Shown: one piece after another, positions 48,368 to 55,808 of the stretch
Position numbering within the stretch: the stretch's first letter is position 1
How the letters are laid out: each line of letters starts with the position of its first letter
From: an uncultured Clostridia bacterium
Lineage (GTDB): Bacteria; Bacillota; Clostridia; Christensenellales; UBA1242
NCBI GenBank assembly: GCA_944372365.1
Contig: CALVYP010000002.1
Location: 121,369-185,368 of the forward strand
DNA: 64,000 nucleotides
Direction: 5' to 3'
The notes under the pieces: model-generated
What the model saw: only the letters and a program-made list of their open reading frames with translations
What the model was told of the DNA's origin: nothing
Database searches by the model: none
Translations under genes and position numbers: made by a program

Positions 48368-48396
48368 TTGTTAAATTTTGCGTTATGTGCTATACT
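48368..48396 (+). promoter_or_regulatory. sigma-A-type promoter abutting the rarA start codon
   Basis: TTGTTA (48368-48373), 17 nt, TGc-TATACT (48391-48396), 6 nt, ATG 48403. No SD. Confidence 0.55.
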
Positions 48397-48402
48397 TTGG
48401 CT

Positions 48403-49680
48403 ATGGAAAATTTAAAGATTCCGCTTGCAGAAAGAATGCGTCCAACTTCACTTGATGATTTTTATGGACAGCAGCACATCGTAGGTAAAGGCAAACTGCT
48501 TAGGCGCGCCATCGAATATGGCAGCACAGGCAGCATGATTTTTTACGGCCCACCGGGTACAGGCAAAACCACGCTTGCGCAAATTATTGCAAAAACTCTC
48601 AACGCCAACATTCAAAAACTCAACGCTGTTTCAAGCGGTGTGGCAGATGCTAAGGCTGTTATTGAAAAGGCAAAGAAGGATAAGCTTTTGCTTGGCAAAG
48701 ATACATATCTTTTGCTTGACGAGTGCCATAGGTGGAGCAAAAGCCAAAGCGATTGTGTGCTGGAAGCAATTGAAAAAGGCAATATATTTTTTATTGGTTC
48801 TACAACCGAAAATCCATACACTTCCATGACGCGTGCAATCGTTTCAAGATGCCGCGTGTTTGAACTTAAAAGCCTAACTCGCGATGATATTAAAAAAATC
48901 ATTCAGCGCGCAGTTGAAGACAAAGAAAAGGGCCTTGGGCTTATGCCAATTCAAATCGATCAGCAGGCGATAGACTACTTGGCAGAAGTTTGCGGCGGAG
49001 ATGCAAGAACCGCGCTTAACGCTTTGGAACTTGCCGCCAACACAACTCCGCTTAATAAAAACAAAAAAATTGTGATTGACGACAAAGTTGTTGCCGAGTG
49101 CCTTGACAGAAAACCTCTTTCAATTTCAATCGACATGTTTTATGACCTTTTAAGCGCATTTTGCAAAAGTTTAAGAGGCAGTGATGCTGATGCAGCGCTG
49201 TTTTATGCACAGCGGCTTATTGAGGCGGGCTGCGATCCTCTTATAATCGCACGCAGGCTTATCGCTCATGCAAGCGAAGATGTTGGAATGGCAGATTCGA
49301 ACGCGCTTTTGCTTGCAATTTGTGCGCATTATGCAGTTGCAAATGTAGGGTTGCCTGAGGCTATGTTAAATCTTACGCATGCAATAATCTATCTTTGCGA
49401 AGCTGAAAAATCCAACGCTGTGGTTGTGGCGATGAATTTGGCAAAGCAGGATGCAATTTCGCTGCGAGATGACAAAGTGCCAAACCATTTAAAAAATCAT
49501 CCATCCACCAATGACGACGGGCACGGAAAATATAAATATCCACACGATTTTGGCGGATATTGCAAGCAGCAATATCTTCCTGATGCGATAAAAAATAACA
49601 TTTACTACACGCCAAGCCAAAACGGCAAGGAAAAGAATATGCAACGAAAAAAGTTTAAAGGAGAAAACAATGTTCAGTAA
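48403..49680 (+). CDS. rarA: replication-associated recombination protein A (RarA/MgsA AAA+ ATPase)
   Basis: PLAERMRPTSLDDFYGQQHIVG.. and GPPGTGKTT. The N-terminus aligns with E. coli and B. subtilis homologues when started at ATG 48403. Confidence 0.9.
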   Translation: MENLKIPLAERMRPTSLDDFYGQQHIVGKGKLLRRAIEYGSTGSMIFYGPPGTGKTTLAQIIAKTLNANIQKLNAVSSGVADAKAVIEKAKKDKLLLGKDTYLLLDECHRWSKSQSDCVLEAIEKGNIFFIGSTTENPYTSMTRAIVSRCRVFELKSLTRDDIKKIIQRAVEDKEKGLGLMPIQIDQQAIDYLAEVCGGDARTALNALELAANTTPLNKNKKIVIDDKVVAECLDRKPLSISIDMFYDLLSAFCKSLRGSDADAALFYAQRLIEAGCDPLIIARRLIAHASEDVGMADSNALLLAICAHYAVANVGLPEAMLNLTHAIIYLCEAEKSNAVVVAMNLAKQDAISLRDDKVPNHLKNHPSTNDDGHGKYKYPHDFGGYCKQQYLPDAIKNNIYYTPSQNGKEKNMQRKKFKGENNVQ

Positions 49681-50719
49681 ACGAAGCGATGGTGTTAAGG
49701 TTAAAAATTTAGATCCAGTAACAAAAGCTGCTCCATTTTTTATGCCAACAAGAATTGGTGCGCAAAACTTTATGCAAGCAGAATTTAGGTGTGAGCCGAT
49801 TGATGAGTTCATCGCTCGCCAACGCAAGCTTGGCAATTCCTACACATACACTCATTTGATGATTGCCGCACTTGTAAGGCTGTTGTATTTGCGTCCAAAA
49901 CTCAACTATTTTATCAATCATAATGTGATTTATGAGCGCAAAGACATCACTGTCTGCATGGTGGTCAAAAAACAACTCGCCGACGACGGTGAAGATGTGG
50001 ATTTAAAATTTCATTTCACAGGCCGCGAAAGCTTGCCACAAATTAAGCAGTATGTTGACAGCGAAATTGAAAAGCATATCGCTCCGGATTCAGTTTACGG
50101 AACAACCAAAGATGCAGATATTCTTGGCAAGCTGCCGAACTGGCTGTTTAGGCTTGCATTAAAGTTTATCAGATTTCTTGACAGACACAATATGATGCCA
50201 AAGTCGCTGATTGAAGCAAGCTGTTTTCATTGCAGTGTGTTTTTAACAAACCTTAAATCTATTAAAATTGATGCAATTTTGCATCATTTATATGAGTTTG
50301 GCAATGCAAGTTTGTTTGTTGCAATGGGCAAAGAAAAAATTGCACCGGTTGTGGAAAAGAATAAAGAGCTTAAGCTTGGCAAAGTTATGAATGTGGGCAT
50401 CTCTATGGACGAAAGGGTGGCAGACGGTTTTTACTTTGCAAAATCGCTTAGAATTTGGAAGGATATCTTTGCAAATTTAGACTGCTTGCTTGAATCCATG
50501 CCTGATGACGGCTCGAAAAAGCTTACCATCAAAAAACGCAAGAAAAACAAAAAAACCAAAGTAAAAAAATCTAAAAAACAAAATGCAAAAAAACAACAGG
50601 AAAAACAGCAAAAGCAGCTGATTAAACAACAAAAAGAAAAACTTAAAGAAGAAAAAGAAAAAATTAAAGAAGAAATCAAACATATCAAGCAAGAAAAAAA
50701 GCGTAAGGAGGCTGAATGA
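49670..50719 (+). CDS. 2-oxoacid dehydrogenase E2 acyltransferase catalytic-domain-like protein with a Lys-rich tail
   Basis: ISMDERVADGFYFAKSL aligns with the E2/CAT-fold motif ..DHRxxDG.., with His replaced by Glu. About 65 C-terminal residues are K/Q/E low complexity. Confidence 0.55.
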   Translation: MFSKRSDGVKVKNLDPVTKAAPFFMPTRIGAQNFMQAEFRCEPIDEFIARQRKLGNSYTYTHLMIAALVRLLYLRPKLNYFINHNVIYERKDITVCMVVKKQLADDGEDVDLKFHFTGRESLPQIKQYVDSEIEKHIAPDSVYGTTKDADILGKLPNWLFRLALKFIRFLDRHNMMPKSLIEASCFHCSVFLTNLKSIKIDAILHHLYEFGNASLFVAMGKEKIAPVVEKNKELKLGKVMNVGISMDERVADGFYFAKSLRIWKDIFANLDCLLESMPDDGSKKLTIKKRKKNKKTKVKKSKKQNAKKQQEKQQKQLIKQQKEKLKEEKEKIKEEIKHIKQEKKRKEAE

Positions 50720-51021
50720 AAAAACTGATTTATTTCATTCTTTCAATTTGCGTAATTTGCTATATCGCCATAATGATCTATGTTGCCGCAGTTCCTGATT
50801 TGCACGCGCTTGGTGCTTGGGGTGAAGCGCTTAGATATATTTCTATGTATGGCGGTGTGGCGCTTTTGTTTGCGTTTGCAATCACAAACTTTACAGGAAA
50901 TATTTTAAAAATCATTTTGCTTGTGCTTTTAATTTTGATAACATTATTCTATATCTTTGTGGTGGCTTTTCCAGATTATTTTGCCGATTTGTTTGGCATT
51001 ACACAGGGGCTTATTTCATAA
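50716..51021 (+). CDS. small integral membrane protein (3 predicted TM helices)
   Basis: 101-aa hydrophobic ORF. ATGA overlap with the upstream gene, with AAGGAGG inside the upstream 3' end. Confidence 0.55.
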   Translation: MKKLIYFILSICVICYIAIMIYVAAVPDLHALGAWGEALRYISMYGGVALLFAFAITNFTGNILKIILLVLLILITLFYIFVVAFPDYFADLFGITQGLIS

Positions 51022-51033
51022 AAGAAGGTGAAT

Positions 51034-53532
51034 ATGGAAAAAATTTTGCTTATCGATGGAAATTCACTTGCAAACCGCGCTTTTTATGCTCTGCCATTTT
51101 TGTCTGACCCAAATGGCAGACCTTCTGGCGCGGTTTTTGGTTTTGTAAACATACTTGTAAAAATGATAACCGAAGAGCATCCCGACGGCATTATTGTTGC
51201 GTTTGACCATGCTAGGCAAACATTTAGAAACAGTATGTTTGCAGAGTATAAAGCAACTCGAAAGCCAACTCCGCCAGAGCTTTTGCAGCAGCTTCCATAC
51301 ATCAAAAACCTACTTTCTGACATGAAAATTAAGGTTATTGAACAAGAGGGGATTGAAGCAGACGACATCATCGGCACTTGTGCAAAAAATCTTTCGGGCA
51401 AAAAAATTATTCTATCTGGCGACAGAGATTTGCTGCAATTGATCGACGACGACACCGAAGTTTGGCTTACCATGAAAGGCGTGAGCATTGTAAACAAGGT
51501 TGGCAAAAGGCAGCTTAAATCGGTTTATCATCTTTTGCCAAGCCAAGTGATTGATTTAAAGGCGCTTATGGGTGATGCTTCCGACAATATCCCAGGTGTT
51601 GCTGGCGTTGGCGAAAAAACCGCACTTAAACTTATTGAAGATTATTCAAATCTTGATGGCATTTACAAAAATATAAACTCAATTTCTGGCAAACTTAAAG
51701 AAAAGCTGGAAAGCGGCAAAGATATGGCATATCTTTCCAAAACTCTTGCCACAATCAAAACCGATTGCCAAATTGATGATGATTTTGCAAACTGCACCTA
51801 TCAATTTCCGTTCAATCAAAAGGTTAGACAGACGTTTAAAGATTTTGCATTTTCGTCTTTGCTTAAACGCGCTGATTTGTTTGGCAACGAAATCGTGGTT
51901 GAGCAAAAGAACAGAAAAATGATTGACTGCCAAGAAATTTTGGATGTTTTTGTGGCAAGCATAACAGACAAGTTGGCTTGCGATCTGCAAAAAATGGAGT
52001 TTTCAATCAAGTCTGGCGAAATATACTATCTCAGCCAAACTTTTGACATGTTTTCATCCAATATTGCTTTGGAAGATGTTTTAAACAAGCTTAAAAGTGT
52101 GCTTGAAGATGAAAAGGTTTTAAAAATTTCGGCAAATGCAAAAAGCGATATGCACACGCTTAAAAAACTCAACATTTCCTACAGCAACTTTTTTGATTTA
52201 AGCATAGCATCCTATCTTTTGCATGCTGGCGAAGCTGGCAAAACTGTCACGCAAGATTGCGACGAGTATTTTGCGCTTATGAGCGCATTTAAAGAAAAAC
52301 TTAGCACTGACAACCTTGATGAGCTTTACTATAACCTTGAGCTTCCACTTTGCAAAGTGTTGTTTGAAATGGAAGAGAACGGCTTTAAAATCGATGAAAA
52401 ATCACTTAAAAATTTAGATGAAGATTTCACGCAAAAACTTGCACTTTTAACCAACCAAATAATCGATGACGCTGGCGAAGAGTTTAATATAAATTCGCCA
52501 AAGCAAGTGGCGCACATCTTGTTTGATAAGCTTGGGCTTGAAGTTTGGGGCAACAAGAAAAAATCCACAGGTATAGATGTTTTAAACGAGCTTAAATTTG
52601 CGCATCCAATTGTAGAAAAGATAATTCAATATCGCAAATATCAAAAACTTAAATCAACCTATATTGATGTTTATTTGCGCATATGTGAAGAAAAGGGAAG
52701 CATAATCCATACAAGTTTTCATCAGGCGTTAACAAACACAGGCAGGCTTTCAAGCTCCGATCCAAACTTGCAAAACATCCCAACCAACGATGAAGAAGGC
52801 AAGGTTTTAAGAAAAATTTTTGTTTCAAAATTTGACGGCGGAAACTTGATCAGCGCCGACTACAACCAAATTGAGCTAAGGCTGCTTGCTGATATGTCGG
52901 GCGAGCAAAAGCTTATCGACATCTACAACAAAGGTGAAGACATCCACACCATGACAGCATGCAAAATTTTTGGTGTTGACGAGCAAGATGTTTCGCCAAA
53001 GATGCGCCGCGAGGCAAAAGCTGTTAATTTTGGCATAATCTATGGCATAAGTGACTATGGGCTTTCGCAAAACATCAAAGTTTCAAGGCAAAGCGCAAAG
53101 CAGTATATCGACAACTATTTCGCAACCTATCCAGATGTAAAAAAGTTTAACGAAGATAATGTAGCATTTGCCAAACAGCATGGCTACATCAAAACAAAAT
53201 ATGGCAGGATAAGACACATTCCAGAGCTTAAATCGTCAAACTTCAACATTCGCAATTTTGGCGAAAGGGTGGCAATGAATATGCCTCTTCAGGGCACAGC
53301 TTCCGACATAATAAAGATGAGCATGCTTAAAGTAAGCAATTTGCTTAAACAAAACAACCTAAAAAGTCAGCTTATTCTTCAAATTCATGACGAGCTTGTT
53401 TTAGATGTTTTCCCTGGCGAAGAAAAACAAGTTGAAAATTTATTGCATAGCGCGATGGAAAGTTGGTTAAAATTAAAAGTGCCGCTTCCTATATCGCTAA
53501 ACATGGGCAAAAATCTTTTAGAGTGCAAATAA
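51034..53532 (+). CDS. polA: DNA polymerase I
   Basis: 5'-nuclease domain (LLIDGNSLANRAFYA), polymerase motifs ADYNQIELRLLA and QIHDELV. ATG 51034 with SD GAAGGTG. Confidence 0.95.
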   Translation: MEKILLIDGNSLANRAFYALPFLSDPNGRPSGAVFGFVNILVKMITEEHPDGIIVAFDHARQTFRNSMFAEYKATRKPTPPELLQQLPYIKNLLSDMKIKVIEQEGIEADDIIGTCAKNLSGKKIILSGDRDLLQLIDDDTEVWLTMKGVSIVNKVGKRQLKSVYHLLPSQVIDLKALMGDASDNIPGVAGVGEKTALKLIEDYSNLDGIYKNINSISGKLKEKLESGKDMAYLSKTLATIKTDCQIDDDFANCTYQFPFNQKVRQTFKDFAFSSLLKRADLFGNEIVVEQKNRKMIDCQEILDVFVASITDKLACDLQKMEFSIKSGEIYYLSQTFDMFSSNIALEDVLNKLKSVLEDEKVLKISANAKSDMHTLKKLNISYSNFFDLSIASYLLHAGEAGKTVTQDCDEYFALMSAFKEKLSTDNLDELYYNLELPLCKVLFEMEENGFKIDEKSLKNLDEDFTQKLALLTNQIIDDAGEEFNINSPKQVAHILFDKLGLEVWGNKKKSTGIDVLNELKFAHPIVEKIIQYRKYQKLKSTYIDVYLRICEEKGSIIHTSFHQALTNTGRLSSSDPNLQNIPTNDEEGKVLRKIFVSKFDGGNLISADYNQIELRLLADMSGEQKLIDIYNKGEDIHTMTACKIFGVDEQDVSPKMRREAKAVNFGIIYGISDYGLSQNIKVSRQSAKQYIDNYFATYPDVKKFNEDNVAFAKQHGYIKTKYGRIRHIPELKSSNFNIRNFGERVAMNMPLQGTASDIIKMSMLKVSNLLKQNNLKSQLILQIHDELVLDVFPGEEKQVENLLHSAMESWLKLKVPLPISLNMGKNLLECK

Positions 53533-53546
53533 TTTGTGCAAATTGT

Positions 53547-53575
53547 TTGCCTTTTTGTCAATATAATGCTATAAT
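53547..53575 (+). promoter_or_regulatory. sigma-A-type promoter of ruvX
   Basis: TTGCCT (53547-53552), 17 nt, TGc-TATAAT (53570-53575). Confidence 0.5.
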
Positions 53576-53605
53576 TTGGTTGTGATAAGTAAATGCAATA
53601 GAATC

Positions 53606-54013
53606 ATGGGCGTCGATTATGGCTTAAAGCGAACGGGGATTGCGTTTTCAGATCTTTCTGCGTCAATCGCAACGGGATTTGAAGTTCATCACAACCAAGG
53701 CGTGCAAAAGGATGTGGAATATCTTTGCAGCTTGGCAAAAAAAATGCAGGTTGAAAAAGTTGTGTTTGGGTTGCCGCTTAACGCTGACGGAAGTGAAAGC
53801 AATCAAACCGTCCTGACAAAAAACTTTGCACAAAGTTTTGCTCAGGCAAGCCAAATTCCAATAGATTTTGAAGACGAAAGGTTTTCTTCCTTAGAGGCCG
53901 AAGAAATTTTAAGTCACACAAAACTTTCTTGGCAAGAGAAGAAAAAAATCTTGGATAAAGTTGCCGCCGAAGTGATATTGCAAAACTATCTCAACAAAAT
54001 TAAAAGGGGTTGA
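53606..54013 (+). CDS. ruvX: Holliday junction resolvase-like / pre-16S rRNA nuclease YqgF (RuvX)
   Basis: MGVDYGLKRTGIAFSD N-terminus. No SD before ATG 53606. An in-frame GTG at 53582 lies 6 nt after the -10, so the start is ambiguous. Confidence 0.85.
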   Translation: MGVDYGLKRTGIAFSDLSASIATGFEVHHNQGVQKDVEYLCSLAKKMQVEKVVFGLPLNADGSESNQTVLTKNFAQSFAQASQIPIDFEDERFSSLEAEEILSHTKLSWQEKKKILDKVAAEVILQNYLNKIKRG

Positions 54014-54017
54014 AAAA

Positions 54018-54410
54018 ATGAGCGCTGTTAAAAAAACCAATGTTAAAAATCAAGAAGAAGAAAAGGAAGAAATTGTTAAGGTAAACTTGTTGGATGTTCT
54101 GCTTGACGAAGACAACACTGCACCTATTTATATGCGTGATGAAAGTGGCAGACAACTTAAATTTGAACAAGTTGCAGTTATTCCTTATGGCGAAGATGAT
54201 TTATATTGCATCCTTAAACCAATCACCAAACTTCCAGGCATTGCTGACGACGAGGCAATTGTGTTTAGGGTTGAAGAAGACGAAAACGGCGAAGCAATTT
54301 TGCGCGTAGAAGACAAGGAAGATGTTGCAATCGCTGTGTTCGATCAATACTATGACCTTATCGAAGATGCCGAAGGCGAAAAAAATAAGGGCAAAAAAGA
54401 TAAAAAATAA
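54018..54410 (+). CDS. DUF1292 family protein
   Basis: Acidic 130-aa protein directly after ruvX, the usual Firmicute position of DUF1292/YrzB. ..FEQVAVIPYGEDDLYCILKP.. core. Confidence 0.75.
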   Translation: MSAVKKTNVKNQEEEKEEIVKVNLLDVLLDEDNTAPIYMRDESGRQLKFEQVAVIPYGEDDLYCILKPITKLPGIADDEAIVFRVEEDENGEAILRVEDKEDVAIAVFDQYYDLIEDAEGEKNKGKKDKK

Positions 54411-54486
54411 CATTTGCGGGTATAATTTTCACCAAATTGCTCACCATAAAAGCACAGGGAAACCTGAATAATAGGAGGTGAAAACT

Positions 54487-54627
54487 ATGTTCGGCAAAAA
54501 GAGTGCTGGCAAAAGCAGCAAAAAATCTACAAAAAACTGCGGATCAAGCAGAAATGTAGAAGCATCTAGCGAGAACAAGTCTTCAAACGCTTCTTCAAGA
54601 AGCGAGAAGAGTTCTTCAAGCAGATAA
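54487..54627 (+). CDS. small Ser/Lys-rich protein (46 aa), absent from the ORF track
   Basis: AGGAGGTG SD ends 6 nt before ATG 54487. Translation: MFGKKSAGKSSKKSTKNCGSSRNVEASSENKSSNASSRSEKSSSSR. A terminator lies 22 nt downstream. Confidence 0.55.
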   Translation: MFGKKSAGKSSKKSTKNCGSSRNVEASSENKSSNASSRSEKSSSSR

Positions 54628-54648
54628 TAGTTTTGACTAACTATGATT

Positions 54649-54671
54649 AAGAAGGCATCAGCCTTCTTTTT
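54649..54671 (+). terminator. rho-independent terminator of the small ORF
   Basis: AAGAAGGC-ATCA-GCCTTCTT followed by T's. Confidence 0.65.
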
Positions 54672-54758
54672 CATTGCAATTTTTTGGCAACAAAATTCTC
54701 CAAAAATAACAGAGTATTTTTTCACCTATTGCATAAAATAGTTGAGAAAGGAGCGGTT

Positions 54759-55535
54759 ATGTGGGAATTTTCAATAAATTTAAGCAGCAGCAAAAGCAAT
54801 CTTGCCGCTTCAATTTTCAATGCTTTAAGAGAGCAGCTTTCTCAGTTTAAAGCCATCGTTGCAAGAAGTGACTCGGCAAAATTCATCAATATTGTTATCG
54901 CTGTGCCAGCGCAGCACCGCGCAGATGCCGAGATAGTTTTGCTTAAAACCATCACACTGGCAATTTGCAACACATTTAAGCAAGAATTTTTAGATAGACA
55001 TCTTTTTTTGCCAAAGCAAGACGAAATTGGCATAACCGCATTCAAAAAGGCGCTTATAAATTTTGATAAAGAAACCGATTATTTTTTAATTTCCAAGGCG
55101 CTTAACTTTAACGAGTTTTTATATCTTGAAAGTTTTTATCAATTCAAGCTTGTGCGTCTTAGAGAAAAGTGGAGCGAACTTGTTTGCCTTGCAAATCAAA
55201 ATCGAGACTATCTTATTTCAACCGAAGCTTTCAACGACCTGTTGAAGTTTTTGATAGATAATCTTGACATCTGCAAAGATGAAATTGATGTTTTTGAAGA
55301 AGACGATGGCAGATATTGCATCTGCGACGACGGCAAAAAGTGCGAGATTTTAGGCGACAGCGCAATGGTTTCTTCGCTTATAGACCTGTCTCCACAAAAA
55401 ATAAATTTTTACTATAAAAATCAAAATCACGCAACCGAGCTTTTGAAGATTATTTTTGATCGAAGGCTGAATTTGCGCTCATCTAAAATTATGCGCGAGC
55501 AAAACATTTCAAACATATCTCATCTGCACAGATAA
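54759..55535 (+). CDS. YtxC-like sporulation protein
   Basis: Lies directly upstream of the thrS T-box, as ytxC does in B. subtilis. SD AAGGAG before ATG 54759. Family assignment rests on synteny and general resemblance. Confidence 0.55.
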   Translation: MWEFSINLSSSKSNLAASIFNALREQLSQFKAIVARSDSAKFINIVIAVPAQHRADAEIVLLKTITLAICNTFKQEFLDRHLFLPKQDEIGITAFKKALINFDKETDYFLISKALNFNEFLYLESFYQFKLVRLREKWSELVCLANQNRDYLISTEAFNDLLKFLIDNLDICKDEIDVFEEDDGRYCICDDGKKCEILGDSAMVSSLIDLSPQKINFYYKNQNHATELLKIIFDRRLNLRSSKIMREQNISNISHLHR

Positions 55536-55553
55536 AAATTTTTGCAAATTTGC

Positions 55554-55582
55554 TTGACTTTGTTTTGCAAAAAGAATATATT
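55554..55582 (+). promoter_or_regulatory. sigma-A-type promoter of the thrS leader
   Basis: TTGACT (55554-55559), 17 nt, TATATT (55577-55582). Confidence 0.6.
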
Positions 55583-55588
55583 ATTTGC

Positions 55589-55787
55589 ATAAGTGGAGTT
55601 AAAAGACAAGTAGCGTCCTTGCAAGCGCACAGAGAAAAGTTGGTTGGTGAAAAACTTTAAGCTGAAAGGAAGAGCGAAACCACTTTTAATGATGATGCTT
55701 AAACTTAATACGAGTGGCACTTTTTGTGCAATTAAGGTGGAACCGCGGTTATTTGATCGTCCTTAAAAATTTTAAGGGCGTTTTTTA
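55589..55787 (+). promoter_or_regulatory. T-box riboswitch (Thr specifier ACC) controlling thrS
   Basis: AGAGA and GGTGAAA stem I elements, GAA-ACC-A specifier (ACC 55679-55681), T-box sequence AATTAAGGTGGAACCGCGG (55730-55748), and terminator CGTCCTTAAAA / TTTTAAGGGCG followed by T6 (55758-55787). Confidence 0.88.
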
Positions 55788-55808
55788 TTGCCCGAAAAGG
55801 AGAGAATT

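Noticed and set aside
50520-50716. A-rich tracts in the Lys-tail coding region as programmed slippage or frameshift sites.
   Set aside because: There is no alternative-frame ORF of any length or conservation signal downstream. The tract simply encodes a K/Q/E tail that ends at an ATGA overlap.
54441-54725. 94-aa minus-strand track ORF.
   Set aside because: It has a GTG start without an SD. It overlaps the + strand small ORF, which has a strong SD and terminator, and it runs through a + strand terminator.
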